Assembly: GCA_022822085.1 (NCBI GenBank)
Contig: JAJECK010000061.1
Coordinates: 10,025 to 74,024 of the forward strand
DNA: 64,000 nt
Reading direction: 5' to 3'
DNA from: Candidatus Poribacteria bacterium
GTDB taxonomy: Bacteria; Poribacteria; WGA-4E; WGA-3G
Shown here: piece after piece, positions 10,219-19,375 of the stretch
Layout: each line of letters opens with the position of its first letter
Numbering within the stretch: position 1 is the first letter of the stretch
The notes under the pieces: generated by a model
The model's database searches: none
Seen by the model: only the letters and a program-made list of their open reading frames with translations
What the model was told of the DNA's origin: nothing
Position numbers and translations under genes: made by a program

Positions 10219-12099
10219 CTAACGGTAGGCTTTCACAATTTCTGAAATTACAATACGTCGATTTTTCCAATTCAATCGAGCGGGTGGGATTATATATATA
10301 CCATCAATCTGGATAGTCTCCTGATTTCGGATTTCACGAACAAGATCAAGAGTCAATTGCATTCCAAGTTCATTGCTTTCAGCATCACCGAGATCACGAA
10401 ATTTGTCTACAATTAACTGAGGAATGTAAAGACCTAAATTATCACGAAGGTAGGACGCACTGCGGAAACTGGTTAAAGGCAGGATTCCGTATAGTATCTT
10501 TATACCGATATTTTCTGTTGCTTTTTGAGAACGCACGATATCCTCAAAAGTCCAAACAGGTTGTGTGTATGCAAATTTTGCTCCAGCTGAAACCTTATTC
10601 CGTAAATGCTTGATGTGGGGGGCAAGATTCTCAGCGATAGTAAAGCCACCACCATAGTAAAAACCGCATGGATCTCCGATTGACGAACCGTCAGCAAGTT
10701 CACCTTGATTGAGTCTGGAGATGAGTTTCATCAATTGGACAGCACCGCGTACATCTGGTACAAGACTTGCTGATTCATACGGTCCTGCCTTTGGATGGTC
10801 ACCTGATAGGGCAACAATTCCTCGTATTCCCAACGCCTCTGCTTCCAAGAGATGCGATTGTATACTGATAAGGTTTCGCGATCGGGTAGTCCAATGGATA
10901 AGTGTTGGAATGTGAGTCGCCTGTTGTAACCGAAATGCAGTACCTATAGCACCGATATTGACTGCAGCACCAGAATTATCTGTCACATCAAATAGATCGA
11001 CCCCTATTGTAGCCAACTCTTTTGCTTCCCTTAGCAGAGATCGTAATTGTGGGAAAGTATTTGCTCGTGCTTCTACACTTACAATTCGTTTGCGAGTTTC
11101 AAATACCTGCTGAACAGGATTGTCGATTCGAGTCTTAAGAGTGGGGGAACTTTTTGGAAGAACAAATATGCGTGGATTACGTTTTTTCGGTTTTTGTTGT
11201 GCAACTGCTGCCCGTATTTTCGCAATATACTCGGGGGTCGTTCCACAACAACCACCAATCATATTCGCTCCGAGACCAATTAATTTGTGGACATAGTCTG
11301 AGAATACATCTGCATCAACAGTATAAGAAACAGTAATTTCCCCTTGTTCAACCCTTGGATTGCCGGCATTCGGTTGCACAACAAGCGGTGCACTAATCAC
11401 CGGCGCGAGAAGTTCCATCGCGTGGACAAGATCGTGTGGACCTCTACAATTGATTCCGATTGCATGAGTACCGAGTTGTTCTAATTCTTGTGCAATAACT
11501 CTTACATCTAATCCTGAACCTACAGTCCCCCCGGAAATACCACTAATTTCAACGGCAACTGGTACATTATAAGTTAGTGCTTGTTTTGTAGCGATTTCAG
11601 CCTGTTTTGGATATACAAACGTTTCTAATAAAAGCAGATCAACACCTTCATCAACCAGCGCGTCCATCTGTTCTTTGTAAAGTAGACGTATATTTTTGGT
11701 TGACGGTTCAACATTTGTGTCAGTTGAATTCTCTGAACTAAAAGTTATCTGACCAACTGATCCCGCTATAAAACGTCTTTCGCCACCAGCACTTCTTGCT
11801 AATCTCACACCTGCACGGTTGATTTCATCAACTTTATCTGAAAATCCGTGTGTTGCAAGTGCTTCTCTATTTGCTTGATATGTATTGGTTTGAATAACAT
11901 CTGCACCTGCATTGACATAAGCAGTATGTATCTGGACAACTTCATCAGCATATTCTTCTATGATATTACACGCATCCACACAAGGTAGTAATCCTGGTAT
12001 GTGCTTCCGAAGTTCTGTTCCAATTGCGCCATCACAAACCAGAACTCGGTTTGATATGGCATCCATAAAGTTGTTGAATGAATTTGCGTTAATAGACAT
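10219..12099 (-). CDS. yitJ: Bifunctional homocysteine S-methyltransferase / 5,10-methylenetetrahydrofolate reductase (YitJ-like).
   Basis: The N-terminal Hcy-binding domain (VLVCDGAIGTEL, GGCCGTTPEYI) resembles the MetH/BHMT pterin-homocysteine domain. The C-terminal half is MTHFR-like. The 626-aa length matches the B. subtilis YitJ architecture. Confidence 0.8.
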   Translation of the reverse strand: MSINANSFNNFMDAISNRVLVCDGAIGTELRKHIPGLLPCVDACNIIEEYADEVVQIHTAYVNAGADVIQTNTYQANREALATHGFSDKVDEINRAGVRLARSAGGERRFIAGSVGQITFSSENSTDTNVEPSTKNIRLLYKEQMDALVDEGVDLLLLETFVYPKQAEIATKQALTYNVPVAVEISGISGGTVGSGLDVRVIAQELEQLGTHAIGINCRGPHDLVHAMELLAPVISAPLVVQPNAGNPRVEQGEITVSYTVDADVFSDYVHKLIGLGANMIGGCCGTTPEYIAKIRAAVAQQKPKKRNPRIFVLPKSSPTLKTRIDNPVQQVFETRKRIVSVEARANTFPQLRSLLREAKELATIGVDLFDVTDNSGAAVNIGAIGTAFRLQQATHIPTLIHWTTRSRNLISIQSHLLEAEALGIRGIVALSGDHPKAGPYESASLVPDVRGAVQLMKLISRLNQGELADGSSIGDPCGFYYGGGFTIAENLAPHIKHLRNKVSAGAKFAYTQPVWTFEDIVRSQKATENIGIKILYGILPLTSFRSASYLRDNLGLYIPQLIVDKFRDLGDAESNELGMQLTLDLVREIRNQETIQIDGIYIIPPARLNWKNRRIVISEIVKAYR

Positions 12100-12206
12100 T
12101 GCGTTTGTCGTCGTTATGAAATAGGTGGCAAAAATCCCGTGCCTACTTGTGTAGTCACGGGATTTTTGCAGGTAAAGATTGCATACTTATTCCAATTTGA
12201 AAGACG

Positions 12207-13820
12207 TTACTTAATAGTCTCACCCGCCTTTTCTATTGGAATAAAATAATAGCCGAAGATAATACACATCTCATCTTCAGATGTTAGTCCGAATTGGAGT
12301 GGTTCATCTATATCATAATTGTTATGGGTGCATTGGAAACTTAGACCGTCGTCCACACTTAAAATTATCGGTGAGGGAAACAGTGTAATTGGTGCATCGT
12401 CATAAGCTATACTGCGGTGTAATAAATCGTCGGTTGAGTCTTGGAATATCTCAAACAATTCACCGTGTCTATGCATGTGCGACGTGAGTAGAAATACATA
12501 TAACTCAGTATCTGGATCATGTCCTCGACGTTCTAATTCATCTTCAACATACCATGTCAATTTAGCAACACGCGTTGTATTAGGTGGAACGTTGATTGCT
12601 CTATTTGACACGAAAATCTCAATTGCTTCGTATTTTACCTCTTCTTCCGGTATAGTATAGATATTGACATAGGTTTCCCCAATCAATGTTTCATCACCAA
12701 GAAGGTTGATATAGTGAGAATTTAAGTCAAACACCGTATTCCCAGGTAATCTCAAAGCGACTCCTTCCGGAAATTCAAAGAGTGTATCATCGGTCTGTGT
12801 ACCGACAACAAACAGTCTATCAATCCCGAAATTCCCCAATACTTGCGGGTCATCCGGATCAAGTTCTCTAAACTTATCCTCAGGATTGACACCAATACTT
12901 GTATCAATACCTCTTTCCGGCACACCGTTTGCAATTCCTTCCTCTGTAAGTCGGTACACAATAAAGTGGTGGCTGCCAGATGGATAGAAGATCTCAACTC
13001 TATTGATGAATATGTCTTCTTCTATGGTCTGACCGCTTTCATCTTTAATCTGTGTTGCATAAAAGACTTCACGTTCTGTGCCGGGTTCAATCTTGAAAGA
13101 TGGTAAATGTATTTGGTATCCTTCTCCAGGAGCAGGGGGTGGTGGAGGGTTGAATACCTCTTCGGGGTCACGAAGTACACCTAAGTCACCAATACCTGCC
13201 AATTTACCCTCACGGGGAGCACCGGCGGTAATCCATGTCCGTAAGGCATCTATTTTTCCATTGTGAATAGGTCCCATGCCAAACGGCATGCGAGATCCGA
13301 AGTCTTGATTCTCAGATCCCATTAACTTTGTCAATAGGAAACTATTCTCTGGATTACCGGGGTCAATCAATTTCATACCCGCTGCTGCTGCAGCAGAATT
13401 ACGTGGAATTCTATTTACTAAATCCTGATACGATTGTCCATAACTTAAATTTAAATCTGCTGAATTTGACTGTGGTGCATGACATGCACTATTGGCACAA
13501 CTTTTATCAAAGATGTTGTCCTGAATTTCATGATATGTTGAATTATCACCTTGTTCTGTCTCACCAAATCGGTTTGCCACGCGAACAAGGTCAAGTATAT
13601 CTACGACACCATCACGATTGACATCTGGATTCTTATCAGATGTGCGATCTCCAGGTTTTCCTAATGCCCCTGAAACTATAACAAGATCCTGAATGTTAAC
13701 TTTTCCATCCTTATTGATATCTTCCAAAAGAGTGGAACTTGCATCGTGACCGAATACAGAGATGGACAATCCACCAATAAACAATACAAGTACCATAGAT
13801 AAAAACAGTTTTTTGTACAT
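12207..13820 (-). CDS. Secreted protein with two dockerin-type repeats (DINKDGKVNIQDLVIV, DVNRDGVVDILDLVRV), a Pro-rich linker and a C-terminal domain carrying HH / H..H.H / Met motifs. It may be a PHM/DBH-like copper monooxygenase fold.
   Basis: Signal peptide. The dockerin Ca-binding repeats are visible. The monooxygenase assignment rests only on motif resemblance (SGSHHFIVY, SHMHRHGE, downstream Met). Confidence 0.55.
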   Translation of the reverse strand: MYKKLFLSMVLVLFIGGLSISVFGHDASSTLLEDINKDGKVNIQDLVIVSGALGKPGDRTSDKNPDVNRDGVVDILDLVRVANRFGETEQGDNSTYHEIQDNIFDKSCANSACHAPQSNSADLNLSYGQSYQDLVNRIPRNSAAAAAGMKLIDPGNPENSFLLTKLMGSENQDFGSRMPFGMGPIHNGKIDALRTWITAGAPREGKLAGIGDLGVLRDPEEVFNPPPPPAPGEGYQIHLPSFKIEPGTEREVFYATQIKDESGQTIEEDIFINRVEIFYPSGSHHFIVYRLTEEGIANGVPERGIDTSIGVNPEDKFRELDPDDPQVLGNFGIDRLFVVGTQTDDTLFEFPEGVALRLPGNTVFDLNSHYINLLGDETLIGETYVNIYTIPEEEVKYEAIEIFVSNRAINVPPNTTRVAKLTWYVEDELERRGHDPDTELYVFLLTSHMHRHGELFEIFQDSTDDLLHRSIAYDDAPITLFPSPIILSVDDGLSFQCTHNNYDIDEPLQFGLTSEDEMCIIFGYYFIPIEKAGETIK

Positions 13821-13863
13821 TTTCTATAATAACCTCCAAATGTTGTAAATTCTGAAATATATG

Positions 13864-14574
13864 TCAAACCTCATCTTTGAAAATATTTGAAGCAGACATA
13901 AAACGATATTTCAATAATGTCCACGCAGCAAATAATCCATCGGACAAAAAGCGAAGTTTTTTCCCTTCCTTCTTGCTACGAGGAAAATATGAGACAGGGA
14001 CTTCATAGATGGTATAACCACCTCGTAATATCTTTGCAGTGACTTCAGGGCAAAATTCAAAACCCTCACACGTCAGATTTAATGCTGTTATCAATTTTGA
14101 TGAAAATGCTTTATACCCCGTTGACTCATCTGTAATTCGACAACCATATAGTATATTTGTGTATGTTGCAAGAATACGGTTGGCAATATAGTTGTGGAGT
14201 TTCGCATTTCCTCTACCATTTAGAAACCTTGAACCGTAGACTACCTCTACATTTTCATTTTCCAACAGTTCTACTAAATGTAGAACATCTTTCGGACATA
14301 ATTCCATATCTGCGTCCTGAATTACAACCGAACTCCCCTTCACAAAAGGAATTCCGCTCCGAATTGCGTAACCTTTTCCTCTATTCTGCTCGTGATGGAC
14401 AACAGTTATTTCACACTCAGACTTAATCTCCTCAAGAATAGTATAGGTTTCATCTGTTGAACCGTCATTGACAACAATTAGCTGCTTCTCAATAGGCAAT
14501 GCCTGTACATTATCAAGTACCTGTCGAATTGTTTTTTCTTCGTTGTACGCTGGTATAATAACAGATACTAACAT
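13864..14574 (-). CDS. Family 2 glycosyltransferase (dolichyl/polyprenyl-phosphate sugar transferase-like).
   Basis: VSVIIPAYNEE...VVNDGSTDET and a DxD-type motif (IQDADME) typical of GT2. Confidence 0.85.
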   Translation of the reverse strand: MLVSVIIPAYNEEKTIRQVLDNVQALPIEKQLIVVNDGSTDETYTILEEIKSECEITVVHHEQNRGKGYAIRSGIPFVKGSSVVIQDADMELCPKDVLHLVELLENENVEVVYGSRFLNGRGNAKLHNYIANRILATYTNILYGCRITDESTGYKAFSSKLITALNLTCEGFEFCPEVTAKILRGGYTIYEVPVSYFPRSKKEGKKLRFLSDGLFAAWTLLKYRFMSASNIFKDEV

Positions 14575-14672
14575 TATACATTACTATATGGCAGTTTTTC
14601 ACAGGAATTTGGAAAGTGGATAATTCCAGTTTCACTATTAATTATAGCGGACATATTGTAAAGTTAAATGGG

Positions 14673-15464
14673 TTATAGTAGAGATCGAACCATACCACCA
14701 TCAGCTTGGATTGTTGTACCAGTGATATAACTTGCTCGTTCAGATGCCAGGAATACGACTAAGTTTGCAAATTCTTCTGGATCTCCAATTCTTCCAAGCG
14801 GTATGTCTGCTGTCATTTTTTCAAGGGCATCATCAAAAGATATTCCTGCTTCTTCAGCACGCACAGTTGCTAACTGTTTTATTCTATCTGTAAATATGAT
14901 ACCCGGGCAAACGTTATTAACTAAAATCTTATCAGGAGCGAGTTCTGTGGCGAGTGTTTTGGCAAATCCGATTACACCTGTTCGTGCCATATTTGATAAC
15001 ATTAGTCCATCTACCGGTTGTTTGACAGATACAGATGTCAGGTTTATAATTCGTCCACTACCACGTTCACGCATCGTTGGAACAACAGCACGACACAAGT
15101 TTATTGTGCTCATCAAGTTCAGTTGTACGGCACTCATATAATCTTCTGCAGAAAGGTCGTCAAATCTTCCGGCTCTGGGACCACCCGCATTGTTGACTAA
15201 AATATCAATTCCACCAAAATGTGATACTGCTTGATTTATGAGAGATTCAATTTGCTCTGGTTGACTTACATCAGTTGGAATTGCTAATACTTCAGATCCT
15301 GATTCTTTTCGTATTTCCTCAGCAGTTTCTTCCAATGTATCGCTGTTTCTTGCACAGATCGTAACTTTCGCACCTTCTTGTGCTAAACCCAATGCTATCG
15401 CTTTACCAAGTCCTTTACTCGATGCACCTACAACTGCAATTTTGTCCTTAAGACCAAGGTTCAT
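14673..15464 (-). CDS. SDR-family NAD(P)-dependent oxidoreductase (3-oxoacyl-ACP reductase-like).
   Basis: TGxxxGxG-like Rossmann motif (VVGASSKGLGKAIA), NNAG motif and a catalytic S...Y..K pattern. Confidence 0.85.
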   Translation of the reverse strand: MNLGLKDKIAVVGASSKGLGKAIALGLAQEGAKVTICARNSDTLEETAEEIRKESGSEVLAIPTDVSQPEQIESLINQAVSHFGGIDILVNNAGGPRAGRFDDLSAEDYMSAVQLNLMSTINLCRAVVPTMRERGSGRIINLTSVSVKQPVDGLMLSNMARTGVIGFAKTLATELAPDKILVNNVCPGIIFTDRIKQLATVRAEEAGISFDDALEKMTADIPLGRIGDPEEFANLVVFLASERASYITGTTIQADGGMVRSLL

Positions 15465-16035
15465 AAATAATCTAAATGGTTAAAAACCCACCTGATCCTT
15501 TCTATATGCGGAATAAATTAACTTGATTAAGTATAACTATTTTTCTTAATTATGTCAAGATTATTCTACATAGGCCAGGATTATTTAGTTTTCAATATTT
15601 TTGATGATTATTGGCTATTACGTTAATGTTATATTTTGGCATCTTGAATATCTCTTTAGTCCTATCCGGACGATAGGTTTATAGAAAAATGTTATCCACT
15701 CCTCTTGAGTTCCGTCCGAACGGCATAGAAAGATAGACATATCGTCCTATCAATCAACACAGATGAGATGGCACTTCAGGAGCTGCTTCATTTGTCCAAG
15801 TGCGTTTGTAGTCGTGTCCGACGCTGTACAGCAGCGATTTTAGTTACGACACACTTTGTGTGCCGTTCATAATTTTAAAGTAGCACAATGAATTGTGCTA
15901 CTACAAACGGTATTTGGACAATGAAAGCGTCACTTGAAATGGGTTATTATCTGTGTGTACCTGCCAGTTATTTATGCACACCTCTCAATTACTTACAAAA
16001 AAACTAAAAAACTAAAAGGAAACTAAAATATTTTC

Positions 16036-16065
16036 TTGACAAATCTTGCGTATTTTCGTATTAAT
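16036..16065 (+). promoter_or_regulatory. Sigma70-like promoter: TTGACA (16036-16041), 17-bp spacer, TATTAAT (16059-16065).
   Basis: Consensus -35 and near-consensus -10 at canonical spacing. It lies about 260 nt upstream of the 16328 ORF in an otherwise gene-free 860-bp region. Confidence 0.45.
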
Positions 16066-16327
16066 GAAAAAAGATGTTAGAAATTCACGGGACGCGTGGA
16101 TTACGTCGGAGGTGCTTAAATGATGCCCCAGTGATGTTGCAGCACCACCGATGCGTAGCACTGCCGTATATTCTGCACTTCTACGACAGGCTGGTTTCTA
16201 TCATAACACAAATTGATTCTTGTGTCCAGAAGCCAGCAACCTCTACAGGGATTGCAAACGATCTCAATTTCCTACCCCTGTAGTCTGTCAAACGAATGAA
16301 CCTTCATGATATAATAGGAGACATAAA

Positions 16328-16555
16328 ATGAGACAGACTTTCAAAGTTCTTACCTGTCTTATCATTTTCACATTTATTGTTAGCGGTCTCTTGCTTTTTG
16401 GCACACTTGATGCGACAGAAGTAGAACCGTCTGATTGTCAACCATATTCTTACGGTTGGGGGTGTCAAGATGGACAATCACCTGAAATCCAACCGAAACC
16501 GATTTGCCCGAACCGCCGGATAATTCCGCGCTGCCCGATGGACGCAGCGGAATAG
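16328..16555 (+). CDS. Small secreted or membrane-anchored Cys-rich protein (75 aa).
   Basis: Signal/TM segment (VLTCLIIFTFIVSGLLLFG). Upstream AGGAG RBS. Short, so low confidence. Confidence 0.4.
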   Translation: MRQTFKVLTCLIIFTFIVSGLLLFGTLDATEVEPSDCQPYSYGWGCQDGQSPEIQPKPICPNRRIIPRCPMDAAE

Positions 16556-16586
16556 CACAGATAACTTTATATAAGGAGAAAATCTC

Positions 16587-17525
16587 ATGAGAACTAAAAT
16601 GATATGGGGGTTAGTTACCCTCATTATTCTCATCATCGGTGCTGCTGTTGTCTTCTTGATGGTGCAGCCCGATCCCGAACCGACAGTGAGATATAAGGAT
16701 ATAGAACCGGATATCTCCAAACCACCGAATGAACCCGGAAAAGTGCCAGTGGCACAGGACGTAGAACACGACCCATCCTTTAAAGAGGAGAAGGAGGTTG
16801 TTATTTTACTTCCACTTCCACGATCATCGGTTCCAGATGATATTCCTGAACATCTAAGACTCCCGCCAGAATGGGTCGATGGAAGTTATAGCGGACTTGA
16901 AGATCCAAAATCTGAACATTTCCAAGGGACTGTTGAGGATGTCCAACGTTTTATGGACATCCTCAAAGAGATTATTCGTGATTACAACCCGCAACGTCCG
17001 CTATCAGAGATATGGCCGCAGTACATTGCCAACGAAAAAATGTATCGTGCTGTGGCAGAAGAGACACTGGGTTACACCCCGCTTTCCGCTTTTGCGTTTA
17101 ACCGTATTGATTGGATGTATGAACAGACGTGGGCATTTCCTGAAGTTGTGGATGTGTTAATGTTCGGGGAAGAACCACCTCCCGGTGAAGAATACAAACC
17201 TTCTACGACTTTGCGTATTGAGATGGGAGAGTTAGAACCTGAATGGAACTTTATTCGCCTTAAAGATGGACGTCCTTTTTTCGTGAAAGGGCAAACAAGG
17301 TATCATTTTACCTATCAAGGATTAACTGCAGAGGGGCTACCGTGGAATAACACAACCACTTTTTCCCGTGCCGATATTCATAATCCAGAAAGAACTGTTA
17401 CCATTGATGTTGCGAATACGTCTGATGAAGAACTAAAACGGCTTGGGGGATGGGATTATAGTATTAACCCACTAACCCTTCAACCGATTCAATATAAACG
17501 TTACAATATGAAATATAAGGAGTAG
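16587..17525 (+). CDS. Hypothetical protein with N-terminal TM anchor (312 aa).
   Basis: RBS AAGGAGA upstream. TM helix (IWGLVTLIILIIGAAVVFLMV). No recognisable domain. Confidence 0.6.
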   Translation: MRTKMIWGLVTLIILIIGAAVVFLMVQPDPEPTVRYKDIEPDISKPPNEPGKVPVAQDVEHDPSFKEEKEVVILLPLPRSSVPDDIPEHLRLPPEWVDGSYSGLEDPKSEHFQGTVEDVQRFMDILKEIIRDYNPQRPLSEIWPQYIANEKMYRAVAEETLGYTPLSAFAFNRIDWMYEQTWAFPEVVDVLMFGEEPPPGEEYKPSTTLRIEMGELEPEWNFIRLKDGRPFFVKGQTRYHFTYQGLTAEGLPWNNTTTFSRADIHNPERTVTIDVANTSDEELKRLGGWDYSINPLTLQPIQYKRYNMKYKE

Positions 17526-17603
17526 AAAATGAAAAGAATGATGTTTTTGTTGATTGTGCTATGTTTATAGTATCTCGGACATCCAGGAGTTGTTTTTGCC
17601 AAT

Positions 17604-18992
17604 ATGTATCCTCGCATTATAGTTACCAAAAATGTTGAAGTAGACAACGAGGATGGCGAAAATCCTATAACTGCATTAGCGTCGTACGTAATCAGTGACA
17701 TATCTGCATCCCGAGCCAAAAGTGAGGCGAGCAGTTCTGTAACAATGGAATGCCTTGAAAAAATAGGGGGTTATGATGGTTTTGCACAAGTCCGAGGTTC
17801 CGCAGATAGAAACACAACACGCGGCGTAGCCCTTGTCTCTCATAAAATAGATGACAATCCAATAAGCATGATAGATGCCGAAGGGGTCGCTGCGTATATC
17901 ACCCTGAATCAGTTTAATTACTGGAGCAAAGACCGCCCTGGAAAATTAACAATACAATCACGAAATGGTGTAATATATACTGCAGCTAAAAGGGGAGGAG
18001 TTGTTGCAGATAGCCGTCCCGTGGTGTTAGGAATCTCTATCCCTTGGCCGGGGACAACTGCTGGTAAAGATTTAGAACTTTCAGAAAGTGCGGATATAGA
18101 GAAAGACAAACAGGATCCCAATGGTGATGGGGTAATTGCCGATGATGAGATAATAGGAATGTTTGATCCTTATGCCGCAGCTGCCGGACAATCAATCGGT
18201 GCTGCTAACGTGGACCCCGCAAAGGCAAATACCGAAATGGAAGATGGTGCTAACAACGCTCAGAATATACAAAACACGGTTGCCCCTGTTTCGAGTCCGA
18301 CACCGGACCCGCCTTCAACGACACCGTCCCTAAGTTATTCATTAGTGTCATCGGATGGCAGTTATAGTGCGGAAGCGGGTACGGGACATGAGGCGAACTT
18401 TACTACGAATTCTGCGTACCAATCTGTATATTGGTATGTGAAGTCCCCATCAGACACCTCTTATTACGGCACCAATGTAGAGACAGATTATGGGGATAGT
18501 AGCACGACGACGACAGCTCAGTTAAGTTATTCCTTTCCGAGTGGTGTGAGTGGGGATTATGTGATTACGGCTTATGTGTATGATAATGATAGTAGTGTTT
18601 ATGAAACGAGTTATACGGTCTCTGTTTCTTTACCGAGCAGTAGCACACCCCCTCCCACGACCACAAGCACGCCTTCCCCCGGTTTATCCGCAGCAGATGG
18701 TTCAACGAATCCGGTAGTCCATCCGGGAGGCACGCATGAAGCGGAGCTTGTCACCAGCGAACCTTATTACTATGTGCGTTGGTATGTCAAGGCACCTGGT
18801 GATACGAGTTCGTTGGGAACGCTTATGGAAACGGATGAGGGGTGGCAAAGTGGTGGCACGGAAACGGAAGCGAGTTTTAGTTATACCTTCCCTGATAATG
18901 CAGCTGGTGTATACACGATTACTGCTGTATCGCAGCGTTATTCAAACTTGTCTGAAGGTTCTACAAGGAGCTACACGGTCACTGTTGAGTAG
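17604..18992 (+). CDS. Secreted repeat-domain protein (two roughly 100-aa repeats: YWYVKSP.DTS..GT..ETD.G...SYSFP...GDYVITA). The likely true start, with signal peptide, is the ATG at 17529, but an in-frame TAG at 17568-17570 interrupts it.
   Basis: 17529 and 17604 are in the same frame. The upstream segment encodes MKRMMFLLIVLCL*YLGHPGVVFA, a signal peptide containing a stop codon. Ser/Thr/Pro-rich linkers separate two internal homologous domains. Confidence 0.6.
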   Translation: MYPRIIVTKNVEVDNEDGENPITALASYVISDISASRAKSEASSSVTMECLEKIGGYDGFAQVRGSADRNTTRGVALVSHKIDDNPISMIDAEGVAAYITLNQFNYWSKDRPGKLTIQSRNGVIYTAAKRGGVVADSRPVVLGISIPWPGTTAGKDLELSESADIEKDKQDPNGDGVIADDEIIGMFDPYAAAAGQSIGAANVDPAKANTEMEDGANNAQNIQNTVAPVSSPTPDPPSTTPSLSYSLVSSDGSYSAEAGTGHEANFTTNSAYQSVYWYVKSPSDTSYYGTNVETDYGDSSTTTTAQLSYSFPSGVSGDYVITAYVYDNDSSVYETSYTVSVSLPSSSTPPPTTTSTPSPGLSAADGSTNPVVHPGGTHEAELVTSEPYYYVRWYVKAPGDTSSLGTLMETDEGWQSGGTETEASFSYTFPDNAAGVYTITAVSQRYSNLSEGSTRSYTVTVE

Positions 18993-19018
18993 ATAACCAC
19001 TCATCACGTTAAACTCAC

Positions 19019-19053
19019 AGGCAGGTATCCATTTTGGGTCCCTGCCTTTTTTG
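19019..19053 (+). terminator. Rho-independent terminator candidate (aggcagg stem, 15-nt loop, cctgcct stem, then TTTTTT).
   Basis: A 7-bp GC-rich stem plus a T6 run 27 bp after the stop of the 17604-18992 gene. Confidence 0.5.
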
Positions 19054-19134
19054 TTTACTAATCGTTTTCCCATATTGGTATATGATGCAAATATATAGTA
19101 ATACCAATTCTATTTATTTTTGGACCATTCTTCT

Positions 19135-19214
19135 GTAGGTCGGGTAGAGGCACGAAACCCGACAGGATAACCACAATCAATACATGTCGGGTTTCGTGCC
19201 TCTACCCGACCTAC
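19135..19214. repeat. Perfect 30-bp-arm inverted repeat (gtaggtcgggtagaggcacgaaacccgaca / tgtcgggtttcgtgcctctacccgacctac) with a 20-nt loop.
   Basis: The arms are exact reverse complements. It is intergenic, between the 17604-18992 and 19376-20422 genes. Confidence 0.7.
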
Positions 19215-19375
19215 GAAAAAGGGTATATTGTAAAGTAGAAATGGTATAAGTATTGATTTGAACATAACAAACGTTACATGTCCGTAACCAATTATTGCGT
19301 CATGTTTTTGATTTCACAGAAAATGGATTATGATATAATAAGAGATAGTATGATCATGTCCTGCGGAGTATAGGT

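Noticed and set aside
12510-12540. Possible c-type cytochrome haem-binding site in the dockerin protein (CANSACH).
   Set aside because: The motif is C-x4-C-H, not the canonical CxxCH. No second haem ligand context is present.
15880-15901. Perfect 9-bp hairpin GTAGCACAA-tgaa-TTGTGCTAC in the long 15.5-16.3 kb intergenic region.
   Set aside because: No adjacent T-run and no gene end nearby to terminate. It is probably incidental.
16074-16283. Small plus-strand ORF (69 aa) in the leader region downstream of the 16036 promoter.
   Set aside because: No RBS, unusual composition, and it lies within the structured leader. More likely non-coding.
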